DNA of 64,000 nucleotides from Batkoa obscura (lineage: Eukaryota), in contig JASVEC010000015.1 in the NCBI GenBank assembly GCA_030770535.1, positions 992,001 to 1,056,000 of the forward strand, given 5' to 3'. The position numbers and the translations under genes were made by a program. The notes under the pieces are model-generated. The model had not been told where the DNA came from, did no database searches, and saw nothing but the letters and a program-made list of their open reading frames with translations. Positions 13,556 to 29,368 of this stretch are shown in pieces (the first letter of the stretch is position 1; the number at the start of each line of letters is the position of its first letter).

Positions 13556-13789
13556 ATATCATTTTAATGTAAAATGCAAAAACAATTTTTATGTGATAAA
13601 TTTCTTTTAAGATTAAAATTAAAATTACTTTTTTCAACAAAATCATTAAGTTTTTTATATAAATATTTTATATAGGTCATATAATTATATTCTTTATTTT
13701 ACTTGTTTTGGATAGTTTATAGCTTACTATATGGGATGTATTTTTGCGTTTAAGAATTTTACTAATAGTCTTTCCGCTCAAATAGCACT

Positions 13790-14551
13790 TAAAAATCCAG
13801 TAAGAAAAATAGATTTATATAATATATATGCCTGATACATAATTAGAAAAAAGTTATTTAGTAAAATAAATATAATGATAAAAAATAAAACGAAGCTAGA
13901 AAAATTTCCTAACAAACAAAAAAAGTTATATAAATTATATAGATTTATATTAATATCTGAAAAAATATATTTAAAAAAATTATTAAAAAATTGAATGATA
14001 ATTTTAAAATATAAAAATAAGAATAAGACCAGGAGATTCAATAAATCTAAATCATTATAATAAACAAGCTATATCAGCATTAGGGTTTAGTATTTTATAT
14101 TTAAAAAATTCATAAAGTAAATAATAGCTTAAATATTAACTTTAATTTCATTACTTTTCTATTTTTCAAACGCTATTTGAATGTAAAAATTGTTAGTAAA
14201 ATTCTCAAATACAAAAATATATCCCCATATATATACTATATTGGTAAAAGCCTTGGTAATCCTGAAATTTCCATTAAATTTAGTAGAAGTTCTGCTAACT
14301 TACGATATAAATTATAATAATATAATCTAAAACTGTATTGTGGGTACTTTTGCTTTTTAATAAATGGGAGTGTTTTTTTGACTTCATTATTTTTTCCATT
14401 TTTAAGCGCTATTTAAGCGGAAAGTTTGTTAGTAAAACTTTTAAACAAAATACAGCCCCAAATCCTTTATTTTTATAGAATTTAAGCAAAGTTTTTGAAA
14501 TATAAAATATTTAAAAATCGGATAAAAAATGAAACCAATTCAGACATACCC
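13790..14551 (+). mobile_element. Heavily decayed Sola-like element fragment (middle of transposase plus right end) with MITE insertions
   Basis: 13790-14105 aligns to intact transposase ~41130-41465; 14270-14551 aligns to the right subterminal region, ending AATTCAGACATACCCC. Confidence 0.75.
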
Positions 14552-15931
14552 ATATAACAAACTTTATATTATTTAATTGATTTATTGTATCCACTATAAG
14601 TATTTACACTCAATACTTATTATTGTTTAAGATAAACGAAATAAATTAGCATATAAGTAACACAGCAGGAGAGAGTATATCCAACATTGAAATAACAGTA
14701 AAGAAAATTTATCTTAGATCAAAGCAAACAGCTTAATAATCATACGGGGATGTATTTTTATGCTTAAGAATTTTATCAACAATTTTTCCACTCAAATAGT
14801 GCTTGAAAGATAGAAAAAGTAATGAAGCCAAAAAAACATCCCCATATGTAATTTGAAACTAATGAGTGAGTAATTGCTTTAAGAAAATATTTTTTAATTG
14901 TTTGAAATAACTATTAATCCTTTTTGTTAGTACATATAGGTTTATCCTTACATATCAAACCGTTAGCTATTAATTTTAACACATTAATTGATTTAAAGTA
15001 ACTATAACCTTTAACGTCCTCATTTAACCAAATAAGGGAGTTGGTAGCATATGTAAAATCTTTCAATACTTTGAATTTTAATATTGTTTTACATTTCTAT
15101 TTCCCTGAAATATAAAAGCCAACAGGTAGAGTGACAAACAATGGTGGTATAATTTAGTTAGACGATATTTTAAAATAGAAAACACTTGTAAAGTCAAAAA
15201 ATTTATTTCTAGTGATACAATTCAATTAGCACATGTAAATGTCGTTTTTTGTTTTAATAAACCAGTATAAAGCACACCTTTTTTTAAAATTGCAAGTCGC
15301 TTAAAAAGTGAACAAGACATCAAAGCAAGGAAAAGATTACTTACTCTCTTTTATAATCAATTAAAAAAAGATGAATCATTGCTACTACCCAGTTTAACAT
15401 TAGATTTGTATAAAGTTATCAATCGTCACTTTATCGATTGTATTCTTTCATCATATCATCTGTTCAGGCTTAATTTTAAAAAACATAAATATTATTTAAA
15501 TCTAACATACGAGGGTTTTTTTTAGAGAATTTACTAACAATCTTTCCACTCAAGTAGCGCTTAAAATAGAAAAGCAATGAAATCGAAAAAAAGATCCCCA
15601 TACTTTATTTCAACAAGCTTACTGCCGATTTCTCATTAAAAATGGGATTAATTACAGTGATTGTTAGAATGCACCTAAAGTTAATAGTTAATCAGCTGTA
15701 AATATTAAACTTAAATAGAATTGCGTATTAGTTACTACATTTAATGGGATAATATATGATAGAAAAATCATAACCAGAAATAATAAATAGAAGTAATAAA
15801 CTTGTCAATATTTTTAATGACAACACCTTGTCACACCAACATTGACTAAACTAAACTTCTTTTTAAAAAAATCCTAATAAACAGGTGTTATTTTAGTTAT
15901 TGAAAAACAGGGATTGAATAAAAAAGTATAT

Positions 15932-16030
15932 GGGGATGTATTTTTGTGTTTAAGAATTTTACTAACAATCTTTCTACTCAAATAGTGCTTAAAAGACGGA
16001 AAAAGTAATCAAGCCAAAAAAAACACTCCC
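15932..16030 (+). mobile_element. MITE copy with ATAT TSD
   Basis: ATAT|GGGGATGTA...AAACACTCCC|ATAT. Confidence 0.9.
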
Positions 16031-19000
16031 ATATATAAAATGACCCAGAGTGCCATCTCATATATCTTCTTTACTCTGGGAAATAAATTGCTCAAGGCTT
16101 AGATACCCCAAGAAGAAAGAAGAAAGACATAAACCTTTATACTTTACAACAAAAAATAATTTTATCTGACATTTTTTAAGGCTCAATCCTATATTTGTAA
16201 TAGCATTTATTATATAATAAGGATTAATACAAATAAATCATTCTTTCCTTTAAAAATGCAAAATTAATCTATTAGTAATATCCTTATTCTTTAAAGCTTA
16301 ATATTTGTTACTTAGCATCACAAGAACAATAAATACATATATATGAATTCACTTGTAAAAGCAATGATTAATTTAGACATAACAAGCGAATAAAGAGCTA
16401 ACAAAGAAGCTCAATCAAAGGGCAATGAAAAAGAAAGAAGCAGTATAACTAATATATGGGAGTGTTTTTTTTGACCTCATTATTTTTTCCATTTTTTAAG
16501 CGCTATGTAAGCGGAAAATTTGTTAGTAAAATTCTTAAACACAAAAATACATCCCCATATATTAATAGCAGTAATCGTAAACAATCGACTATTATATATT
16601 GGACAAAAACAAATGTTAATATTTACATATTTTATGTGTTAGGTTAGTATGACTTTGTAACTATATCAGAGTATTGAACGCTCTTATCTTTTGTTTACCA
16701 TTTGGTTGACTAATGAAGTCGTTTATGCTCCAACATTTACACCACTGTGAACTAAATCACATTCCGAATAAAAGGGTCTAAGCTAAATAAGTAAATAGAA
16801 AATCATAATATAAATTAAGTCTTTAATGTGATGATTTTTGATCAAAATAAATAGCCTGTGGTAATAGGGGGAGAAGATTTTAGGATATGGTTAGATAATA
16901 AGCTTCAGTTTATGAGATACAATCGCAAAGCACCCAGTGCCAACTTCAATAAAAAGAGATGCAATAGCTATAGACATTATAATGTTGATCCAAAATGCGG
17001 TTGCGAACCTGACCCATGTCCAGAATTAAAACAAGGTAGAGATAAGATGACAATGGTCCCTTTTGGTCATATAGCGGCGTACGGGTTTCCAGACTATTTG
17101 AATTTAGTTAGCAAATTTCATTCAACTAGCCATATATTGTTGACAAGTCTGAATACTCTCTTTTAAAAAATGAATATCTGCACCTGACTAAATATTCAAT
17201 CGGTCAAAACAAAAACAAGTTAACAGAGCTCTTAGTAGTCCAGGACAAGAGGGTACACGGTAAGTGTCTAGTAAAGCTTAAGTAAAAGGGTTTGACCATC
17301 TTGAATTTAGTAACTCTTGGATCGATGATTATTTATAGTATATTTCATTGGGAGGTAATCGACTAGATAGTAGAAGATTTTAAAGTGATCAATCCGTTTA
17401 CTAAGAAAATGTCAAAGTGATCATTTATATGCGAATGCTATTTTTTCATTCTTTATACAACGCAAAATAAAAGAACAACTATTAAATATTTGGACAGAAA
17501 AGCAACCCCATTTAATTTGCTTAAATGTCACTGATATGTTAAATAGATTGAATATTTGTAATTCTATAGCAGTATATTCAAACTATTTTGCTTTTTAGAA
17601 TTGATAGAAAAAATAAATTTAAATATAACTAAGCATGTGAAATTCAAACTAAGCTACAAAGTTTAAAATTTTAATTAAAATTACAAATTGTTTGTAAAGT
17701 TAGCTTAAATAAAGATTACAAAATATGGATTGAAAATCAAAACTCCCAATATACTTACTTTAAATATCGCTCCTAAAAAAAGGAGTGAAAACCGAGGATT
17801 TCACCATTGCATATATAAAATTATACTTAATATAATAACAAGGATACTTACAAAGAATATAAAACAAAGTATAAAGTGATAACAACAATATATAGATATT
17901 AAGAGCTGATTTAATATAAGATCGTATTCACATATCATTAAATATATCGATATTTAATAACTTTGGAAGGATAATGTATGCTAAATAAAAAAATGGCGAT
18001 ACAAATCTCAATAAAAGGATATTCTCAATTATGGTTAAATGGTAATAAGTACAAGTATGATTGAATATCCAGGATATCTTTTCAAAGCATTTATAATTCA
18101 TGTGTGCATAATAATAATAATATAACCCATTTGATACAATTAGTTCTATCAAAATATACCCTAAAATAATTTTGTAATTGAATACTTTTATGCCTCTAAT
18201 TATTTTTTTGATTATAATTGTAGGTACAGTTAATATTTATTCATGCACAAATGGCCTTTCATTTCTAAAATAAATGCCATTGTATAAATATTTATCATTT
18301 GTATTACATAAATTAATAACTTGGGAATATATACGACTTACTATGTATGAATTTTATACCTAACTCTTCTTGAATTTTATTTTCAATCCTTATAAGATTT
18401 TTGGCTATAATGTATGATTGTTTTATAAATCTAAAGCTTTGAAAATGTTATATATTACTCTTTTTCTCTTTGAATTCTTCTTGTTGTCTCTTGGGGCTCA
18501 AAACAACTAAACATTGTAGTCAAATAGAAGCATTACATCAAAATATTACCATCTTTTAGTAGCATTTGGTCTAAATTTAATCCTGGGCTTTTATAAGGGG
18601 TTTTGTTTAACTTATTGAGTTTATTATTCATGTCTTTTATTTTAATAATAAGAAGCTTTTTCAGGAGCTCTTTATCTTTGGCCGTTTGATTTAACTTCGC
18701 TAATTGTAGTTCTAGCATATTTATTAGACATTTTTATTAATCAAAGAATTTATCTGTTTTTTTAATCCATTAGTTTCTGCTTTTAACTTAAAATTTAATA
18801 ATATATTGCTAAATCTCTATAATAGCTTTATCATTTACCTTATTTCGTATATTATATTTATTGTCAATTTCTTTCTCAAGGATTGATCTTTTGACTCTTC
18901 CTTCTTTTAGACGACTAGAAATACTTTCAAACACCCTAACTATAAACAATATAAATATAGTACCCTTTTACTTACTTTTATACTTTTGATGCTCTTTTTT

Positions 19001-21421
19001 CAATTTCACTAATATACTTTCTTCTTCTCTTATTTTATCATTGAAATAATCGTTATTCATACGAATCTATTAAAAATCAGTATGTATTTTAAAATATACA
19101 ATATACTACATATTTCAAATGTGAATGTAAGCCATTCAAATAAAATGTTTCCTTTTTGATATGCTCTATGATGTCAATGTACGAGTTCCTAACTTCATCC
19201 TTGTTACTCCATAAAGTCACTTGTTTATCTAATAAATATTTTTTATTTAAATGGATGTTCATGCTTTTAATTAAAAAAGTTTTGTTAACAAATTCATGTT
19301 TTGTTCAACATAATGTAATCACTATTTCATTTGATTGGTAATTAAATGATCTTATTATCCAACTTAATTAAATGCATTTTAATATGTTGATTTATAAAAT
19401 ATTTGAACAAGGCATTTAGTATATAAAATTCAGTCTTAATTTATTGTATATTATTCAATAAATTTATATTTCAAATGCATCAATCAGCAAGCAAATTTAT
19501 GACAAATTTATAGTAGCTCAATTAGATTTAAGTTTAATTAAATTAATAAAATTAAAGACTAATTTCATTAGCATTTAATTCATTTTTAATTCATTACACA
19601 TTAAGTTTGTTTCATTGTAATAGATTTTGATAATTGTATTTAATTTAAGTTAATTTTAATAAACTTAATTTGTATTATAAATACTCAAACATCAATTGAT
19701 TCTGTTTAAAATATATTAACAGCACTTAACTACTAAACAAAAAAGATTAATGGTTTAAAGAAAATTAAAGAAACAAAAGAGTAAACATCGGAGATTTTTA
19801 GATAAAATAATAGCTATTCATTGAGTAAATCAAATCTTATAATGACAATAACTAATCGCTGTACTATATACAAATAGTAATAAAATAAAGCAATGTAATA
19901 TTATAATATAAACATGATTAACATGCAATATTATAATCTACTATAAACCAATAATCAACAAGCGATTATTTATTTTACGTGAAAGCCTGATTATAACATT
20001 TACTGAATATAAAGGGAGTAACTTGGGATTAATATTTCTATATTTGGTATAAGAAGCTTCCTTTTTTCTTTATGGACAACCCTTTTTTTTACATTAAAAA
20101 TATTCCATTATCTACTCATTACTTTAAGTTGATAAAAAATCAACTTAATATTGCCTTTAAAGAATACTCATTTATAAGTTAATTTCACCTATATAATTTA
20201 ATATATTCTTTATCTCTTTAAGATTATATATAACATTTTACGAATCCCTATATTAAATTCTTGGAGTTGATTTTCTTAAATTATCTTTATTCATTATTAT
20301 TCTCTTAATTAAATTCAAAGTATCCCCTATTCCCATTTATCTTTACAGTGGTTGGTTAATTGCCCCTCTAAGATGTCCCCATGTTTTTCAATAATTCTAA
20401 AGCAGCTAATTACTAAGTAAAAGTGCTCTTTAATTGGACAATTTAATTATTGCTATTCTTTGATTGGCTTTAGTTGATCTTCAAGTTATGATTTAAGTTG
20501 CGGATGTACTTAGTATTGAAACTTCACCAAGCAATGATTTGAAATTTTGATAATAACTTAGAATCAAATTATAAAAAGTACAAATAAAATCATGTTTTTT
20601 TTTCAAATGTACCCTAATTAGGGAATTCAAGAAGGGCAACTACATCATGTTAACTCAAGTTAAGAAGAAAATATTTAGTTGATGTACAAATAAAATAATC
20701 AAAATGATTTGTTAAAATTTCAACTTAACTTGAAAAAGAAAATACCAATAAAATGTTTTTAAGTTTAATTGTTTTACATATAGATTTTGAATTTATAAGT
20801 GGTTAGACCCCAACACGTTTATTTTTGCCAATCTTATAGGCGTTATAGATTTTGGTAAGTATGTTCAACATTTCAAAATATTCCGTAGTTAAGGTAAAAA
20901 GGGGTTATAAATTAATGCAACAAACTTTTTCAGTTGAGATACTTTCCCACCCTTTTTAAAGTTTTTCCAACTTTTACTTTGTTTTATTACCCCGGCGGAC
21001 CTATACTTTGAATTTAGTTTTTGAATTTAACTCTAGTTACTAAACTTGACCCTTTACTTATACTTCACTTAATATTGTTTACATCAAAGACATAGCTTCC
21101 TTTAGTTGACTATCAGAGGCTAGTCCTTAATTGTATATATTGTATATAACCCCAAAACTAACTTGGAAAGTTAATTTAAATTTCACCTATATCTTAATAA
21201 CCCCTTAATACCTATTACTACACCTTTTATCCCTTTTGTTATTTACTTAATTAACCTAATAATTACAATAGTTAAGCCGGAAACAACTTGTAAATTTGTT
21301 GGATCATAATCTAAAGTATAAATCAATACTAATCACTCAATTAAAGGAATACTTTATCCTTGAAGGAGATTAATTTTTGAATATATAAATTATAAAGATA
21401 CTGTCTATATTTGAGCAGTTA

Positions 21422-23008
21422 ATGTACAACGACAACTCACCCCCATTCACTTCGGGGCAAGTTTCTAGTAGCACTCAAGCTACCAGCGATCAACCTCAAA
21501 CAATCAACTTTCAAATGCCTTCGACCTATTATTCTAATGTTATGCCAGCGATTTCTAAATCAACCTTGTGGTAAGTTATTTAAGCTTTTTGAAATTTATT
21601 CAATAATTTACTTTTTGCTCAATTTTTGCAGAAAATTTTGATGTATTAATTTGTTTTTTTTTGATTTTTTTTTGATCTTTTTCAATTATGATTAGGATGG
21701 GAGAATTAGAGCCATGGATGGATGAAGGAGTAATACGACAAATATGGGCTAGTCTCGGTTATCAGGTTACTGTCAAAGTAATCAATAATAGATCCACTGG
21801 CCAAAATGCCGGTTACTGTTTTGTAGACTTTTCATCTCCTTCTGAAGCGAAAATTGTTTTGAATGCACTCCAAGGTGCTACTATTCCTGGTACTAGAAAG
21901 CTGTTTAGGCTTAATTGGGCACTCGGTGGCAATCAAGTCGGAGAGAAGTAAGTTTTTATTACTGACTTCAATCAAATTATTTAACTTGTGTATTAGAGTT
22001 GAGCCTATACCAGAATATTCTATTTTTGTTGGCGATTTGGCAGATTCTGTAGATGATGCTTCATTATTAGCCTTATTTCGGTCACGATATACTTCAGCTC
22101 GCGCAGCTAAGGTAGTTTTGGACCCAGGTACTAATAGGCCTCGTGGTTATGGTTTTGTTCGATTTGGCACTGAAGCCGATCGTGTACGTGCACTTAATGA
22201 AATGCCGGGTGCAATATTCCAAGGTCGTCCTATTCGAGTATCGTTGGCTACACCAAGGTCCAAAGGTGGGGCGCCACAAGAACCTGCACCCCAGACACCT
22301 GAAGCACAGTTAGGAATTGGCTACGTTGATACTTCTATAACAACCGTATTTGTTGGTAATCTCGCATCAGATGCTACTGAAGAAGATTTAAGAAAGTAAG
22401 TTACTTTATTTTATAACCTAACCTATTCTAATTCTATTAGCTATTTTCAAGCATTTGGTGAAATCGACCATATTAAAATACCCCCAGGCAAGGGGTGTGG
22501 ATTTGTTCAATTTGCATCCCGCCATCAAGCAGAAAGGGCATTAGCACAACTCAATGGGGTACAAATTGGATCAAATAGAGTCCGACTTTCTTGGGGTAGA
22601 CTTCCACCTGATCGCCATAACCAACAACAACAACAAAGAGCACGCTTATTATTAGCACAGCAAATGGAACAAGAAGCCATTTACCAAAGTCTAGGATTCA
22701 ACACTAACCCAGGCTTAAATCAATTTGGCATGATGGGAAATAGAGGATATAATTTAATTAATTTAGACAATAGAAGTGGATGGATAAATAGACCAGATTC
22801 TATCCCACCTCAATTTAATATGGGAAGAAGTCCAATAATACCAAGCAGTCCCTATAATCCTAATATTACAACCTCCTCTATGACTCCCAATACTAATGCT
22901 GCTGCTACTACTGCTCAAAACAGCGGCTATCATTCTGATAGTCCTTACAACACTGGTACAACTCAAAGTGGTGGGTATCACTCAGATAGCCCATTTGGCC
23001 AACCTTAG
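21422..23008 (+). CDS. Triple-RRM RNA-binding protein, Nam8/Ngr1 (TRNAU1AP-like) family
   Basis: TLWMGELEPWMDE, GYCFVDF, FRLNWA, EYSIFVGDL, RGYGFVRF, TTVFVGNL, KIPPGKGCGFVQF and RVRLSWG; introns at ~21571-21696, ~21948-21997 and ~22396-22440. Confidence 0.88.
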
Positions 23009-23936
23009 AATACTTTTTAATATATGTATGAGCTGTAAATACGTTGATTAATGAATAATTAGTTTCCTATTATATTAAGTTTTTAATCCGCTCGAGTTTG
23101 AATTTAAAAGTTACTTGAAGAAATGCTATAATAATGCAATTCATTTTATTTATTTCTTACTTGGCCTTTTTTATTTTCTGATTTTTAAAGTTTAATAATT
23201 TTACTAATAGGCTATAATAACCTTGATGGTATTTTGGCTATTTTTCAGTTCGTTTACTTTTAAATCAGTTTTAATAAATATTAATTTCTTCACATTTTTT
23301 ATTTAGTTATAAAATATTAATCTAAGTTAATTTTAAATTTTGAAATTAAAATTGAAGTAGTTTCAAATTAATTTATTTTTTCAAAATTTCACATATTTGA
23401 TTTTAAAAAGGAACTCAAAATTAGCTTAAAAAGTCATAAATTTTAATGTATTATAAAATAGTTTGAACCGAAATCATAATCCCAATTCTTAGTATAAGTA
23501 CTATAAAATTAAAATCCTTGTTATGCTTTATTTTCACTAATAATTTCCTTAATATCTAAATAATTTTCCGCTATATTTAAATTTACACTCTTTTATCTAT
23601 GTAAATTTAATAATAATTAATGAATAGCCTTTTCCGTTATAAGATATCAATAAGTTGCTGAATTTCCTTTTGGCAATAAAACAGGGATATGAGGATGTTT
23701 TTTGCTTCATTACTCTTTCCATTTTTTAAGCGTTATTTGAGTTAATAATTTATCATTTTATCATCAGAATTAATGTTTGGGAATTTATTTTTTAATTTGA
23801 TAACACTAATTTAAAATTTTATGAGGGTGTTTTTTTCAAGAATTTTACTAACATTTTTCCACTCAAGTACAGAAGTTTAAGTTATTTAATTGATACTATC
23901 TAAAGTTAGCTAGGAAAATTAGTTTTTATTAAGCAA

Positions 23937-25118
<1,182 letters not shown>

Positions 25119-26497
25119 TCATTTAACTTTTCTTTTTCTTTTTATATAATTCCTTTTACAAGCATGACCTCATTGTGTGACTTTACGCATTATACTTGGT
25201 AAGCCAATCAGATTTCAATATTTGGGCATAGTTCATATGTTCTACATCACCTCCAATTTACTATCCATTTATAATCACTTGAAGCTGCGGTTAAACTCAC
25301 ATATTTAACCAATTGATAAGCTTTATCTAAACGATAAAATAAACTACTGCCATAATGATTTGCTCAAAGGCATGTAAGTTAAAAATTTAGCCAATGAAAG
25401 TGAAGTTTGGATAGTTTAATAGGGAAATCTATGGAGAAATATCTAGATTAGAAAAAAAATCGTTAAATTTGATAATAGAAAATATCTCTCATATATAACA
25501 TCCTTTATAGGAGTTAATCTTGCTAACCTTCGATATAAATTTATAGTTTGATTTATAATGAGCTCCCCTACTTTAAGTAATGCAATAATTAAGTAAAATA
25601 TATAAAATGTTGGATTTTATTAAATTTAATTTAAGTCAGGTCTTATTCTAGATCATGATATAATTGTATTAATAATATGATAAAATTCGTCATAGTATTA
25701 AAATTTTTACTTAGTATTGTCAATGTATTATTTTTGGAAGAGAAGTTTTTAAAACAAGCTTCTACTTAACTTAAATTGTAGGAATTAATAAGTGAAATCA
25801 GAAAATAAATCTTCATGCTATTTATATAGTAAACAGTAGGAAGTCGAATAGTAAGTTATTTGTTATATTATTTGGTGTATAGTATTCCCACGAGTACATT
25901 TTCTGCCTGATTTAAACTTTTATATCAAAAACAAAATGTGTAAAATATTTTAAAAATCTAGTCATCTTATGTAACATTAACAGCTTTATAAATAACAAAT
26001 ATTAGCTAAATTTAAATGGTATAAGGATTTTATTTAATTAGTGTTAAATTAAAATAAAGTAATATAGTGTATGACTGCATTAAAAGAACTAAACCGGGAA
26101 ATGGAAACAATTTTTCAAAGTAATTTTAAATATAACAAAAGTGCAAAATTTCAAACATAAGTATAAAACGTTAAAAATGTTAGCTATTTAAGATAATATA
26201 TGAGGATGTATTTTTATGTTTAAGAATTTTACTAACAATTTTTCCACTCAAATAGCACTTAAAAGATGGAAAAAGTGAAGCTAAAAAAACATCCCCATAT
26301 ACTAATTGATTAAAACTTTCAAAAAGCTTATAATAAGTTATAATTCTTTGAAATAAAATAAGATTTAATACTAATATTAATTTAAAAATCATTAAATACT
26401 AGAACCAAAAGGTGCTCCCATGTATATTTTATAATAAAATAATTGAAATTAAACAAGTTATTTAGTTAAAGCCACTAACGATATTTTTGTAAAAAGA

Positions 26498-29368
26498 TCA
26501 AAAAGGCTTATCGTCGTACAATTTAGCATATCTACCAAGAGCCCAAATAGTAAAGGTAAGTTTATAATTGGGGTATGAAATCATACAGTTCTTGTTAAAT
26601 ACACCTTCAATCAATTCTTGTTCCCATTCACCAGATGGAAGCTGACGGTCCATGATTAACTAATAATTTGTTTAAAGATAACTTGTAATAATACCAATTA
26701 ACTTACCTTAATACCTTTACGAATTATTTCTTCATCAGGATATTTAGCTGCCATTAAAGAGAGTATAGCCCACGATGTATTAACCACTTGTGATTTCTCC
26801 GCTTGAGTATATTTTTTATTCTCACATGACTAAAATAACAATTAATCTATATTGCTGATAATGAAGTAAATAAGTACTTTATAAGTTTCACCCCAACCAC
26901 CATCATTCATTTGTTTAGAAACCAAGTAATCACATGCATTTTTGACTGATTTACTAATATTATGTTATATTGTATTAAAAACAATATTATTGAACATTGA
27001 TATTATTACCTATTATTATAAAATTCACCAAAGGTAGAAAGAGATTCAATAGCAAAAAAGGTAGCATAAGTAAAACAAACCCCCCAAGAACCATACCAAG
27101 AACCGTCTTTCCATTGAATTGATTTTATATAGTCTACTGCTTTCTTTTGAGCAACTCTAAATTGATATTGTAAATTGGATCAACCAAAATATTTAATTCA
27201 CTTACTTAATTTCATTACTGCGATGATCTGGATAAAATTTTTGGAAGGCTGTCAATCCCAATAATACCGCAGTAGTGCATTCGGGATAAGAATACTCAAT
27301 CATTATATCACCTATAATAACAAAACGCGTAAGTAATATTCAATTGTCAAAAAAGAATTGCAAAAACATACTGAATACTTCAGCTACATTTAAAAGTTCA
27401 AAATAGGCACCTCCACGGACTAGTTCATAAGAAGCACAACCACCATTGGGGTTTTGGATAGACAACAATACATTGACTGCATCAAAAAGTCTTTCGTCGC
27501 TTATTAATTTTTCATGAATGCTATATTATTTTTAAAACTTAGTTGTTAAAATTGAATTGAATTAAAAATTACTTCAAATTTTGTAAATATAATACTGCTT
27601 TCAGTCCTTCTGCAGTACAATCTGAAACAGTATAAGATTGGTCACGGGTACTAAATGGCCAAGCACCTTTGGATATATGACGATAATCTTTACCGTAATG
27701 TATACTATTAGATTTTATCTAAACAACATAAAAATAAAAATAAAAATTAATTAAAATGAAGCTACTTGGCATTGATCTATAAATTCATATGCTTTTATAA
27801 GACTATCTTTAAATTCTTCCTTTTCTTGTAACTTTGCTTCAACCATAGCCTGCACTATAAAAGCTGTATCCCATAGTTGTACTCCATTAGTCCCATTCAT
27901 CATCATACCATCTCTCCCTAAATGTAAAAAATCCCCTATTCTTTCAACATGTTTCAAGAAGCGCTCATTGTCTACTCCATATTTATGATAAATGCATAAC
28001 ATATTTAAAACTTGGTTGACCTAAAAATTTAATTTAATATACCACTACTATATGACGAATGCTATATTATATTATAACAATAAAGTATTACCGGTCCAAC
28101 ATCCAAATACTTAGTATTCTCATCTTCCATTTCAATTTGATTCAAAGCTTCTTTTATCCCCAATTCCCTTAATTGTCCAATATAATTTGAAGCTTGTTCA
28201 TACCAAGTCAAACAATCTAATAATGTTATAAATATATAAAAAACTCCATTAAACTTATAATTGATTACAATTGATCGCCTTCATCACAGTCGAGTGAGGT
28301 TGATATAAATCTAAAGAATGTATATTATTTCTATGTATGGACCAATCGATATTATCATATTGTATATTATAGATTTCCTATTTTATTAGATTATTCAAAC
28401 GATTTAAGTTATTATCAAGTTACTCTTCTTAATTCCTCAATGAATGAGTTCTCTTCACATTGGAACTTTACTCCGTACAGATAAGACATAGGAGTATACA
28501 CATTTCTACTATGGACCCACATTTTTCCTGGATGAAAAGGAGACCAATCTGGTAAGATCCTAAACATCATATTAATTGGCTATTTTTTAAAAACATATAA
28601 TATAAAATGTCATCGTATTATTATAATTCAAAGGCGAAAATTACCATAATTCCGGGGGGATAGGATTCATTCCCTGGTAATCATAAAGATTCATACAAGC
28701 TAGTAGCAATTTACCCCAAGAAGGAACAGAAACAGCCCCACCTTTAATTATCATTATAAATAAAATAATTTATAAATTTAATATTACCATTTTCAATAAT
28801 GAATTTTCTGGCATTCTTTAATTTAACATGTTCTTTATCTAGCCCAAAGATCCTTAAAGACACATAATTCATTACAGTTCCATACATCGTTGAATGGTGT
28901 TCAATATGCAATCCCCAACCGCCATCTTTATTTTGAAAATTTAGCAAATATCGGATAAGTTCTTTTCTATATTCCAGTCCTAATTCAAATTGAGTAATGT
29001 AATATGTCACCGCCAATCCTGGAATTAAAAACAATGGACCTCCATATTCACAGGCAAAATGACCATCCTCTGTTTGTAAATCTTTTAAAAAATTATAACC
29101 AAAATAAGCAGCTTCAGATGCTTTATCCGCTTTAGGGTTACTTGCTTTTTCCTATTAAAAATTCAATTATCATCATTACAATTGTCGTTATAGTTTTATT
29201 TACATATTCCAAGCCTATTGAATATTTATCGAATTTGGTCTGCGGCCAATTTTGTCTTTCTTCTTTGGTATTTAGATAATGCCAAGTTTGTCTTCCATCA
29301 TCTACTTTCATACGCCAACCGTTTAAGTCAGTTGCTGGTATTTCATCTAGTCCAATAGATAAAGTCAT
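26498..29368 (-). CDS. ERG7: Lanosterol synthase (2,3-oxidosqualene cyclase), multi-exon
   Basis: [70 protein letters not shown] and [11 protein letters not shown]. The T in GTNG and the Q and V before DCTAE are the lanosterol-type rather than cycloartenol-type residues. Confidence 0.93.

Noticed and set aside
12869..16556. Regularly recurring ~100-bp repeats as a CRISPR-like array
   Set aside because: Irregular spacing, both orientations, TIRs and TSDs, and no cas genes; these are MITEs.
16456..16647. Recurrent short ORFs like MGVFFL..FKRY.SGK.VSKILKHKNT (also 26180, 30163, 43870, 47132, 49799)
   Set aside because: They are translations of the MITE, not a protein family.
16858..17166. 102-aa Cys-containing ORF
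   Set aside because: GTG start, no recognisable motif and no exon context; probably a decayed repeat.
17600..19280. Possible minus-strand genes (hydrophobic ORF 17928-18152; exon-like segments 18533-19262)
   Set aside because: Splice models I tried hit in-frame stops and I recognised no homology; may be pseudogenes but cannot be supported.
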